Below are positions 48,894 through 57,830 of a DNA stretch of 64,000 nucleotides, piece by piece (position 1 is the first letter of the stretch; each line of letters opens with the position of its first letter). A program made the translations under genes and the position numbers. The DNA comes from a virus, in IMG/VR virus record IMGVR_UViG_3300028844_001770, positions 2,514-66,513 of that record. One strand, given 5' to 3'. The notes below the pieces were generated by a model. That model ran no database searches and was not told where the DNA came from. It worked only from the letters and a program-made list of their open reading frames with translations.

Positions 48894-49759
48894 TATAGTT
48901 CACCCTTTGAATATTCTTGGATATCTGATGGGATTCCCATATCTTTTATCGTATTGTTATTAGTAAATGCTGTGAAGATTGCTTTCTGTTCTTCAGGAGA
49001 TAGGTTCTTCTTAATCACTTTAACTAGTGTCTCGTAACTATATAGGTCTTCACCATTATCTAGTTTTAAATTCTTTGCAATTGAATCTGCTGTCTTCCAT
49101 GGACCGCCAATAATTTTATTGTTGTTCTTTTTTGTATATCCATTACCACTTTTTGCTGGAACTGGTCTACGTAAAACTCTTACTAGTCCATCTCTTGGAC
49201 TAAACATAAATCTTTTTGATTGTAATGGTCTACCGTCTTCGATTGTTTCTTCACTATTTTCTATATCTAAATTGCCAGCAATAGAGGCAATCATTAGATT
49301 ACGATAAACACCTTTGTACTGACTATCTTTTTCATTTGGTGAATGATAATAAGTCTTTAACCAATCTGGGTCACCTGGCATGAAATCTACTTGAACATAT
49401 CCAGTTCTTGGTCTACCATCTTCTTTAGTCTCATCAAAGTCCATGATTTTAACCTTAGTCATAATCACACTTGACTTTGCAATATCCATTATTTGGCTAC
49501 TTTTCTTAAGTCTTTCTACAAATTCTGGTATTTTATCAGTATCAATCTTTAACGCAACATCAATATCACCACTGAATTCTCTTTTACCAACACTACCTAA
49601 TGCATTGTTTCTTAAATCTATACCAAGTTCTTTCTCTAATGGAATAAGTGTTGGATTGATTTCATCAATATGAATTGCTCCAACTCCTGGCATAGAACCC
49701 CCCTCAGATATAACTTCTGATTGTGTAGATTTAGATTGTGTCAATTCAAATAAGTTCAT
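48893..49759 (-). CDS. Pol-beta-superfamily nucleotidyltransferase with head-protein-like leader
   Basis: LGSVGK...SGDIDVAL, third Asp in VQVDFM; leader MNLFEL...VISE-GG. Confidence 0.75.
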   Translation of the reverse strand: MNLFELTQSKSTQSEVISEGGSMPGVGAIHIDEINPTLIPLEKELGIDLRNNALGSVGKREFSGDIDVALKIDTDKIPEFVERLKKSSQIMDIAKSSVIMTKVKIMDFDETKEDGRPRTGYVQVDFMPGDPDWLKTYYHSPNEKDSQYKGVYRNLMIASIAGNLDIENSEETIEDGRPLQSKRFMFSPRDGLVRVLRRPVPAKSGNGYTKKNNNKIIGGPWKTADSIAKNLKLDNGEDLYSYETLVKVIKKNLSPEEQKAIFTAFTNNNTIKDMGIPSDIQEYSKGEL

Positions 49760-49763
49760 TGTA

Positions 49764-52700
49764 TTAAATCTTTTGCTTGTCTATTAGTTTACTTAGTGCT
49801 TCTTTAACTTTATAAGTTTTGCCATCTACATCAAATGATTTCTTACCATCAATCTTTGCTTTTTCTAACTCACCTGAGAATTTATTTCCTTCTGTCTCTG
49901 TTTCTGGAAATAATTGCTTATAGTATTTCTTGTGTATGGCTTTGTACATCATCTCTGATTGCTCAGGTGTTGTGTAACCTTGTCGTTTGATTATCTTTAA
50001 AAGACCTTCAACTGCTTTAATTTCGCCTCTATCACCAAATGCTTGTGCTAACATAAGAATGTTTTCTGAATGATTGTTTCTGTCTTCATTATACTTATAT
50101 GTATCTTGCATCTTTTTCAAGTCACCGCCGTGGTCTTCAGGTGCAACATCTTTCTCATCATAATCATCTGGTCCGTAACCTGCTGGTGTAACATCTTTCC
50201 AGTTTTCATTTACTGTACCAATTTTCTTAATGATATTAAGAAGAATTTGATTACCATCTGATGCTGTTACTTTTCCATTTTCATCTTTGTTGCTATATGT
50301 ACCAAACATACGTGAAAAACGTTTTTCAACAACGTCTTTGTTTTTCTTAACCCAAAGCATTAGAGTAGTTAATTTACCTTTATCTTTTAGAATATTGCCT
50401 TCATCCCACATTTCAGATGTTCCAAGATATCTTAATCCTGCTGGGTCTCTTTTAACACCATCATACATCATACTCAAGTCGTGTATAAAGTTTCTCTCTT
50501 GTCCACCAAAGCCTTGTTCTGGACTATGTCGTACCTGTTCATTAACGTTTTTGTCCCAGTTGAATTTGCCATTCTTAAATACACCGTATTCATCGGGTTC
50601 ATCACCGCCCGTTGATATAAGATTAAGTCCTTCTGGTTCTAAACCGGCTTTCTTAACAAGTTCTAAGAACTTATCTTTAATTGGATTGCCTTCTTCCATT
50701 GCACCGATATAATCATCATATTCTTCTACCTTTTTGCCATCTTTATATACATCAATCATATAAAAACCTTCACTATAATCGTAATATACATTAGCATAAT
50801 CTTTACCTACTATATCTGCTTCATTAACTTCTTGTGAAGTATCACCTTCCATATAGTGTTTTACACTTGAAATATAATCAGCCGCTTTAGTAATCTTTGC
50901 TTGTACCCAGCCTTGTAATCCTTCTTCTTCAGAAACATTACTAAGCATTTGTTCTAATTCTGAAGAATACTTTGCTAGTCTCTGTACATCTTTTCTAGCC
51001 ATACTTACTTCGTGGTCAGGTGCTTCGTTTACTGATTCATCTAAATCTACACGGCTTATAAAGTCCTGAATTACATCAGCATGTAAACTTGTTAATAGTT
51101 CGTGCATTACTTTTTCATAACCATGCTTTTCAATCATATCATATACTGGTTGTGTATAATATCCACCCGCTTCGTTTACTGATTCATCTAAATCTACACG
51201 GCTTATAAAGTCCTGAATTACATCAGCGTGTAATTTTGTTAGTAATTCATGCATTACTTTTTCATAACCATGCTTTTCAATCATATCATATACTGGCTGT
51301 GTATAATATCCGCCTGCTTCAGTTACTTCTGACTCACTCATATTTGCTAAGTTCTTTTTTGATTGGTCAATTAATTTTTGAGTAAACTCTGCACCCAAAG
51401 TATCATCAGATTTTTTCATTCTTTCTAATTGGTTCTTTAACCTTGCTAATCGTTTTTCTTCTGCTTGTTTTTCTGTAGGCATTTTCTGAAATTTCTTTCG
51501 ACCTACTTCGTTGACTCTTTGGAAATATTCTACTTCATCTGGACTTCTGTGGTCAGAAAGAAATGATTTCATCTCTTCTTCTGAAACATCTTGTAATAAT
51601 TCGTCAATAGCAGTATAGTCACCTTTCTGTGCGTCAGATGCCATTTGTCTTGCAACTGCTTTAAGTAATTTTATATCGTGGTCAGATGATTCATTCACAC
51701 TTTCTGATTTCGTAGAACCATCAGCATTGAAATGTTGCTCTCTAATATCTTCAACGTATGCTAGTGCTTGGTCTGCCATCTGTTGGTCAAAGTATCTGTC
51801 TTCGTCTACCGATGAACTTAATGCCATTGAAACATAAGATAATTTCTTTTTATCTTCATCGTCTCTAACTTTGATATCTTCAATGTATTCTAGTGCTTGT
51901 TGTATCATCAACTCATCGTTATGACCATCTTCATCTGTTTCTTGGATTACGTGATGAATGTATTCTAGTTTCTCGTGTTGTTCGTTGTGGTATTCACCTT
52001 CGCCGAACATACCAGCGATTGCTTTCTTGTTGTCATAAGAATCTGGATATACTAAATCTAAAATTTTCCAGTAATCATCAAAATCATATACTTTGCCATT
52101 CACTTCTACATCCATAGGATATGCATCAAAGTGTTCTTTGTGGTCATCAACATAATCTTTTATGTCTGCCGCAACATTTTTTAATTTTGATTCTACGACT
52201 TGTTCGACTTTCGCATCAAATTCTTCATCAAAGGACTCGGCATGCATGGCTGCCATATGGGCTTTATACTTTTTAGTTCCCTTTTTGTGTGGGCTTTTGC
52301 CTTCTGTTAGTGTTTGTAGTATGCTGTCTTTCATAATATTGTCCTCGATAACGTTTTCTTTTAAGTATTCAGAAAACGAGTGTTCGTCCCAGTTTTCATT
52401 CATAGTTTCTTTATTGCCTACTTTACTTTTAAATAGGTCTATTATGTCTTGTGGTACATCTGTGATGTTGTATAAGTCTTGTAACATTTGAGTTAGTTTA
52501 GTGTCATCACTTTTCGCAATCATATTTCGAATTTGTGACGCACTATTAATTTCTTGACCTAATACTTTAAATTTAAATGTAGGAGTTGTTGCAATATAAC
52601 CTCGTGTTCCAAATGTTTCAGAATTTTCTAATCCATTCCACTTCTGTAAGTATGCAGGTTCACCATTCTTCTTTAACTTAAGACCATTAGAGAAATCAAA

Positions 52701-53048
52701 TCTCGGGTCTTCTGCCATATCTTTTTCTGATACTGCAAACACCACCACTGTCTTATCTTTGTCAAATCTTTCCATGATTTCGATAGATTGATATGGTGAT
52801 TTTGTTTGAACTATATCACTAGCAGAAACTCCAGCAAGTATCATCATCTTTCTCTTTTCTTCAAAAGTAAAAGGTGACCTGTCTCCATCAACTTTACCAG
52901 ATGTAGAAATGAATACTTTCGCATTACTATACTTCTGCTTTAAGTATTTGTATACTTTACCGTGTCCAATGTGGAACGGGTGAAAGCGACCAGGATATAT
53001 AATAACCAAGTCCTTATTGCTATCTTCTAGTAAATCTGATAAGTTCAT
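49764..53048 (-). CDS. 1094 aa mosaic protein: N-terminal HIGH nucleotidyltransferase followed by many short modules
   Basis: YPGRFHPFHIGH, SPFTFEEK, SASQIR; repeated VNE/ES junctions; leader MNLSDLLE. Confidence 0.75.
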   Translation of the reverse strand: MNLSDLLEDSNKDLVIIYPGRFHPFHIGHGKVYKYLKQKYSNAKVFISTSGKVDGDRSPFTFEEKRKMMILAGVSASDIVQTKSPYQSIEIMERFDKDKTVVVFAVSEKDMAEDPRFDFSNGLKLKKNGEPAYLQKWNGLENSETFGTRGYIATTPTFKFKVLGQEINSASQIRNMIAKSDDTKLTQMLQDLYNITDVPQDIIDLFKSKVGNKETMNENWDEHSFSEYLKENVIEDNIMKDSILQTLTEGKSPHKKGTKKYKAHMAAMHAESFDEEFDAKVEQVVESKLKNVAADIKDYVDDHKEHFDAYPMDVEVNGKVYDFDDYWKILDLVYPDSYDNKKAIAGMFGEGEYHNEQHEKLEYIHHVIQETDEDGHNDELMIQQALEYIEDIKVRDDEDKKKLSYVSMALSSSVDEDRYFDQQMADQALAYVEDIREQHFNADGSTKSESVNESSDHDIKLLKAVARQMASDAQKGDYTAIDELLQDVSEEEMKSFLSDHRSPDEVEYFQRVNEVGRKKFQKMPTEKQAEEKRLARLKNQLERMKKSDDTLGAEFTQKLIDQSKKNLANMSESEVTEAGGYYTQPVYDMIEKHGYEKVMHELLTKLHADVIQDFISRVDLDESVNEAGGYYTQPVYDMIEKHGYEKVMHELLTSLHADVIQDFISRVDLDESVNEAPDHEVSMARKDVQRLAKYSSELEQMLSNVSEEEGLQGWVQAKITKAADYISSVKHYMEGDTSQEVNEADIVGKDYANVYYDYSEGFYMIDVYKDGKKVEEYDDYIGAMEEGNPIKDKFLELVKKAGLEPEGLNLISTGGDEPDEYGVFKNGKFNWDKNVNEQVRHSPEQGFGGQERNFIHDLSMMYDGVKRDPAGLRYLGTSEMWDEGNILKDKGKLTTLMLWVKKNKDVVEKRFSRMFGTYSNKDENGKVTASDGNQILLNIIKKIGTVNENWKDVTPAGYGPDDYDEKDVAPEDHGGDLKKMQDTYKYNEDRNNHSENILMLAQAFGDRGEIKAVEGLLKIIKRQGYTTPEQSEMMYKAIHKKYYKQLFPETETEGNKFSGELEKAKIDGKKSFDVDGKTYKVKEALSKLIDKQKI
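51024..51317 (-). repeat. 2 x 147 bp in-frame tandem duplication
   Basis: AGGYYTQPVY...VDLDESVNE repeated with one aa change (K/S). Confidence 0.95.
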
Positions 53049-53080
53049 ACAATTATCTCTATATTAAATTTATTCTAATT

Positions 53081-53089
53081 GTATTTATC
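53081..53089 (-). promoter_or_regulatory. Late promoter candidate GATAAATAC
   Basis: Upstream of 1094 aa gene. Confidence 0.6.
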
Positions 53090-53123
53090 ATTTTAAAGTA
53101 TATACTTTTAAAAGTCAACCAAT

Positions 53124-53149
53124 AAAAATCCCAGCAATTTGCTGGGATT
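53124..53149 (-). terminator. Rho-independent terminator
   Basis: AATCCCAGCA-AAT-TGCTGGGATT followed by TTT. Confidence 0.75.
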
Positions 53150-53410
53150 ATATAATAACTTTGTTTGTTGTTTGTTACCAAAAAATTCGCATCCACCAAG
53201 GACGATGTGCTTTTTTATACATCCCCATTGCTTTTTGCGCCTCTAGTAATTCTAACATTATATTTGAATTAAGAACGCCACGTTCTTTCTGTGATTGTCA
53301 ACATCAACGTATAAGAATTTCATACCTATTCTCCTAAAAACACTACTCTCTAGTATTATTTAAGAGAAATCCGCACTATATATAGTGTGTAGTTAAGTTT
53401 TATCAGTACT

Positions 53411-53716
53411 TTACTTCTTTTCGTCTTTATTGATGCCCATTGCAGTACCTGTTAGTAATGCACCAAATGCCAAGTGGAATATTCCACCACCCATCAATGT
53501 GTATGGTGAGTGTGTACCAGTCATAATTTTCATCATATCTAATCTAACTAGTGGGTCGTCAGGCAATCTGTTAATGATATCGACAAACACTTCTAGGTAT
53601 GGAACTTGCATTGACATATAAACAGGAACGAGAACAAAGTCATACAGACAGATGGTCAAATACACAACCAGTGCTGACCATCTCCAGATTATAACTGCTT
53701 TGTTACCCATCAACAT
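53411..53716 (-). CDS. Small membrane protein, holin-like
   Basis: WRW..LVVYLTICLYDFV..P and GGGIFHLAFGALL hydrophobic segments. Confidence 0.55.
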   Translation of the reverse strand: MLMGNKAVIIWRWSALVVYLTICLYDFVLVPVYMSMQVPYLEVFVDIINRLPDDPLVRLDMMKIMTGTHSPYTLMGGGIFHLAFGALLTGTAMGINKDEKK

Positions 53717-53740
53717 TGCTTTCTTTTCCTTGTGAACACA

Positions 53741-54787
53741 TTAGATTTTATTTCCATCATCGTCAAAAGTAACATTGTCTGCTTCGTCAAGTGCAGTATT
53801 AAATTCTCTCAAACGTCTAATGACTGATAAGAAGTCAACGATTGTTGTCCATCTATCGATGAAATAACCCATTGAACTTTCAACTCTACCAAATGCGTTT
53901 AGAACTTGAAATAGTACACCAAGTGTAATTAACTGGTCAAAATATGCTGGTGCCAAAACAACTAGTGCTAAGTTACCTACACATAATCCGAATGCTGTTT
54001 GCCATACACCAAATCCCATATACCAGTTGAATAGTCTATAATAGTTTCTACGAACTGAATAGAACATTGGAAATAATACTTCGGTTGAACGTGCTGAGAA
54101 ATCATCTTCTGAGTGTACTAGTTGTTTTCTCATCTTGGCTTCTACTACCTGATTTCTATATTCAAGTCTAGGCAGTGGCCAACCAAGTAAAAGTGATATT
54201 AGAGTACCACCAATTGATACTGATAATGCTACCCATACTAGAAAACCAGGAATGATTTGACCATTCCAAACTGGTAAACTTTCTGATAAGTTCCATAGAA
54301 TTGGTAAGAATGCAAAAAGAATAAGTATCGCACTAAAGAATCCAGTGAATAGACCTTGTAATGTTTTACCAAAAATCATTAAGTCTTCTTGTATACGCTG
54401 TGAGCCACCTTCTATCTTTGCTGTTGAGCCTTCCCAACGTGTCATATAGTGTTTGGTGTTTGCTTCTCGCCATCGAAAACAGTATCTTTGTGTCTGCCAC
54501 GTGGCATATACTGCGATTGGAGTGTATAAGACTATGATTTCGACAAAGGAGGGTTGTACTCCTTCGGTTAATGTAATGAAATTCAAAAATCTACCAGCGT
54601 CCCATCCGAGAAATAGTTCCCAGAATCTTTCTTCTTGTAGTGATTGAATTACATCGTATATTTCTTTGTTCCAAAGATTGTAGAAAACTAATATTTCTAC
54701 ATTGTACCAAATCATACTTAAAAGAAACGCTAACATTAGCCATGCATATGCTCCGTATTCTTTTGTGAGAAAAAATGATTTTAACAT
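53741..54787 (-). CDS. sbmA: SbmA/BacA-like peptide transporter
   Basis: FRWREANT..Y, IEGGSQRIQED, LEYRNQVVEAKMRKQLV..ED, Q..NAFGRVESS, WTTIV. Confidence 0.88.
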   Translation of the reverse strand: MLKSFFLTKEYGAYAWLMLAFLLSMIWYNVEILVFYNLWNKEIYDVIQSLQEERFWELFLGWDAGRFLNFITLTEGVQPSFVEIIVLYTPIAVYATWQTQRYCFRWREANTKHYMTRWEGSTAKIEGGSQRIQEDLMIFGKTLQGLFTGFFSAILILFAFLPILWNLSESLPVWNGQIIPGFLVWVALSVSIGGTLISLLLGWPLPRLEYRNQVVEAKMRKQLVHSEDDFSARSTEVLFPMFYSVRRNYYRLFNWYMGFGVWQTAFGLCVGNLALVVLAPAYFDQLITLGVLFQVLNAFGRVESSMGYFIDRWTTIVDFLSVIRRLREFNTALDEADNVTFDDDGNKI

Positions 54788-54838
54788 ATGTCACCTCTAA
54801 TTGATTAAATTTATATACGACTTTAATTTGTCGTAGTA

Positions 54839-54847
54839 GTATTTATC
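54839..54847 (-). promoter_or_regulatory. Late promoter candidate GATAAATAC
   Basis: Upstream of sbmA-like gene. Confidence 0.55.
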
Positions 54848-54849
54848 AA

Positions 54850-55707
54850 TTAGTCGGTTCTTCTCATGCCACCTTCGAGGTCACTACCTGTAGTTCCGAA
54901 GAAATCTTTATAGTTCGTTGCAATAGTAGCCAATGCAGGTCTAACCTGAAAATCTCTAGGATGTAGCCAATACATTGTAGCATTTGGAATTTGAATAAAC
55001 AATAGTCTTAAATCTTCGTCTTCGACTCCTAATGACTTAAGAAGTTTCATTAACGATGATGCACTTCTATATGCAGAAGATTCAATAGCGCCAGGACTTG
55101 CACCGTTCATGCTTCCTGGAGGAGTACCTGGACCGTGAATGCCAAAGTAAACATCACCGATTAAGTAGCGTTTGTCACCACCTAAGAATAATAAACCACA
55201 CGCTGATGCACATATAGATTTGCCTTTCATATAGTCTGGCATTTCATTTTGTTCTGCATTATTTCCTGGAGAATAAATTGTTTCACCAAATTCATTTAAT
55301 ACATCATCGGCTCTAACAACAGTAACAACATTACGAAGTTTTATATGTGCCGCAAGACACGAACCTTCTGCTAAATTACCACCTGGACTTTCTAAGATTA
55401 AAGTAAACGAATCTGGCATCTGAGGTGCTATCTTTTCACAATCACCTTCTTCTACAGTACCCATTAATGTGTATAGTTGGTCATCAATTTTTGTAAAAGT
55501 TAAACCTTGTTTACTTTCTTCTTCTTCAATCTTGTTGTTTGCTTCTGTGTATAGTACCATATAATCATCGTACCATTGAACACCTTTATCTTTACCTATA
55601 ACTACAAGTAAAATTATTATAACAATTAAAAATGGATTATTTACCAGATAACGAACAGTTCTTCCTATGAATGATTGCTTTATAAAATTTAGTATTTTTT
55701 TCATCAT
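54850..55707 (-). CDS. Membrane-anchored ClpP/crotonase-fold protein (COG3904-like)
   Basis: N-terminal TM; LESPGGN, CASAC..LFLGG..R, GIH. Confidence 0.75.
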   Translation of the reverse strand: MMKKILNFIKQSFIGRTVRYLVNNPFLIVIIILLVVIGKDKGVQWYDDYMVLYTEANNKIEEEESKQGLTFTKIDDQLYTLMGTVEEGDCEKIAPQMPDSFTLILESPGGNLAEGSCLAAHIKLRNVVTVVRADDVLNEFGETIYSPGNNAEQNEMPDYMKGKSICASACGLLFLGGDKRYLIGDVYFGIHGPGTPPGSMNGASPGAIESSAYRSASSLMKLLKSLGVEDEDLRLLFIQIPNATMYWLHPRDFQVRPALATIATNYKDFFGTTGSDLEGGMRRTD

Positions 55708-55714
55708 TGGATTC

Positions 55715-55987
55715 CTATTCTGTTTGTGGTTTACCGCCTGGTTGTTGCCCTGCTTGTCTTTGCATCATCTTATTAAATTCTTCTGCTGTAAAACATTGGC
55801 TTCTAGTTGTGTGACTCCATTCTAAATCTATTTTAATTGGTTCTTGTGGCATATAACTTTGATATTGCTGACATATTGCCATCGTTGTAAATGGCAATGA
55901 ATATATAACTGGATTACCAAGTTGTACATTAAAAATTGACACAACAAAGTGTCCTACCATTAAAACTGCTCCTACTGTCATTTCCAT
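55715..55987 (-). CDS. Small exported/membrane hypothetical protein
   Basis: AGGAG RBS; hydrophobic N-terminus, FTT...C...C. Confidence 0.6.
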   Translation of the reverse strand: MEMTVGAVLMVGHFVVSIFNVQLGNPVIYSLPFTTMAICQQYQSYMPQEPIKIDLEWSHTTRSQCFTAEEFNKMMQRQAGQQPGGKPQTE

Positions 55988-56002
55988 ATTCTCTCTCCTC
56001 TA

Positions 56003-56620
56003 TTAGGGTCCTGCTTGTTCTTCTGTTAACGGACCATAAACTACTGGTCGCTGTACGGCTTCACCATTAACTACCGTTTCTAAACTAGGTCTGCTAGGAT
56101 TTGGGTCGATACTTTGTGCGGGTGTATAATTTACACCTTCTCCACCACTGCCACCTCGTTTCTCTTCAGGTTCAGACAAGTCCATCATAGGAGTGAACAC
56201 ATACGAATTTGATTCACCATTATTTGATTCTGTCTCTTCAAACTTTCCTTGAGCCAGAGATGAACCAACCATTTTTTGTAATTCTTTCATCTTCTTTTTA
56301 TTCTCTTCAGTCCAGTCAATCTTGTGTAGAACTGGAACTCCATCTCTTTTCAGAACTACATATATCCAGGGCTTATTATCATTTACCCACATAACTTCTA
56401 CTTCTTTTTCTGGTAATCCATAAACTGGCATACCTTGTAGAACTTTAATACCTTGCCAAGTCATACTTGCCATTATAAGTGCTAATGGAATAATGATGAA
56501 CGTGTATAGTTTGTTTGCTTTACTTTGAATTAATGCATATAAACATACCAAAATTAGTGCAAATAATCCTAGTACATATAATAAAATTAACGTATCAACA
56601 GTGAATTCAGTCCAAAACAT
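56003..56620 (-). CDS. Membrane protein (2 TM + soluble domain, Pro/Gly-rich tail)
   Basis: GGAG RBS; two N-terminal TM helices; follows the ExbB/ExbD-like pair. Confidence 0.7.
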   Translation of the reverse strand: MFWTEFTVDTLILLYVLGLFALILVCLYALIQSKANKLYTFIIIPLALIMASMTWQGIKVLQGMPVYGLPEKEVEVMWVNDNKPWIYVVLKRDGVPVLHKIDWTEENKKKMKELQKMVGSSLAQGKFEETESNNGESNSYVFTPMMDLSEPEEKRGGSGGEGVNYTPAQSIDPNPSRPSLETVVNGEAVQRPVVYGPLTEEQAGP

Positions 56621-56631
56621 CCATAATCTCC

Positions 56632-57270
56632 TTAGTTGTTATTCTCGTGTAGTCCAGAAGCATCACTTATATGAGTTCTATTTTTAGCACCCACTACAAT
56701 CTTGTCACTCATCCAGACATCAGTTACTACACCTTCTTCATCTAGTGTAAAACCTGGAAGTCTAACTATTTCACCTCGTTTATTCAACTTGCCTTGCATA
56801 ACATAAACTTCTCTATAAGGATTGACATCTAGTAGTGTTAATGTATATTTAGTTGGGCCAGTTTTAGTGTTCTTACTGTATACGTGTATGTTGATGTAAT
56901 AATCGCCTGGTGCTATGCCACGCATACTTACAACCTCACGATTCAACTTTATAATTATTCTTTCGCCATCAATCCACATATAATCTGATGTTGCGCCTAA
57001 ATCATCTCTATCTAGGTGCATAACTCCATTTGTTTTGTTTTGAAAAGATATTGGTACGCCCGTTGGACCTTGTACCCAGATATCTATATCATCACCTACT
57101 TCATCATCCCATTCTAATGTAATGAGAATCTCTGCTTTTGCTGGAATATCTGATTTCTTTGTAATTGGGTTGATTAGTAGAAGTGCTAATACGAATAAAA
57201 CTACAAAACCTAAAAGTGCGTTAAACAATACATCATTGAACGATAGGTTAGAACCGTATCGATTAGACAT
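56632..57270 (-). CDS. ExbD/TolR/MotB-like TM helix fused to YfaP/DUF2135-like domain
   Basis: LSFNDVLFNALLGFVVLF (membrane Asp); ITLEW...DIDIWV..P, LDRDDLG, NREVV, PGDYYINIHVY. Confidence 0.65.
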   Translation of the reverse strand: MSNRYGSNLSFNDVLFNALLGFVVLFVLALLLINPITKKSDIPAKAEILITLEWDDEVGDDIDIWVQGPTGVPISFQNKTNGVMHLDRDDLGATSDYMWIDGERIIIKLNREVVSMRGIAPGDYYINIHVYSKNTKTGPTKYTLTLLDVNPYREVYVMQGKLNKRGEIVRLPGFTLDEEGVVTDVWMSDKIVVGAKNRTHISDASGLHENNN

Positions 57271-57711
57271 TTATTCACCCTCTCCAATCATTAATTGCGT
57301 TCTTAAAGAAACTGAAACAATTAATCCTGTTAGAGTTGTTAATAATGCAGTTGCCATACCTTTTGCTAATTGGCCGATTACGTTTTTCATACCTTCTACG
57401 TCAGTTGGGTCTATAGATTCGAGATTTGAACCACCTAGCATTAAGATGAAACCTAAAACTGTTCCCATCATACCAATTGCCATACAAGTTTCGGCAATGA
57501 ACCAAAACTTTTCATTGTTAGAATTTATTTTTCTACCCATCTTATATCCAATTCTAGCACTCGTAAGTAACCAAATACCAAGTAAGACAAAACTTATATA
57601 TGTTTGGTCATTGTTTAGTATGTATGTGTGTAAGTCGTAGGTATATCCTGCGCCTAGAATTATTAATTGAAGGACGAAAAATAGCCACCATTGTAGAAAT
57701 GATTTAGTCAT
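57271..57711 (-). CDS. MotA/TolQ/ExbB proton-channel family protein
   Basis: IGMMGTVLGFI and GMATALLTTLTGL channel helices. Confidence 0.85.
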   Translation of the reverse strand: MTKSFLQWWLFFVLQLIILGAGYTYDLHTYILNNDQTYISFVLLGIWLLTSARIGYKMGRKINSNNEKFWFIAETCMAIGMMGTVLGFILMLGGSNLESIDPTDVEGMKNVIGQLAKGMATALLTTLTGLIVSVSLRTQLMIGEGE

Positions 57712-57748
57712 GGTTTACTCTCCCATTGTTTTCGTATTTGTCTAACAA

Positions 57749-57757
57749 GTATTTATC
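57749..57757 (-). promoter_or_regulatory. Late promoter candidate GATAAATAC
   Basis: Upstream of ExbB-like operon. Confidence 0.55.
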
Positions 57758-57772
57758 TAATTAACGCCAAAC

Positions 57773-57800
57773 AAAAAAGCCCGTCATTAAGACGGGCTTT
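57773..57800 (-). terminator. Rho-independent terminator of porin gene
   Basis: AAAGCCCGTC-5 nt-GACGGGCTTT followed by TTT. Confidence 0.85.
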
Positions 57801-57830
57801 AAAAGTAATATTACTGTAAATGAATAAACA

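Noticed and set aside
56003-57711. Calling the MotA/MotB-like pair a Zorya defence system or flagellar stator
   Set aside because: No long ZorA tail, no OmpA-like peptidoglycan-binding domain, no ZorC/D/E or flagellar genes
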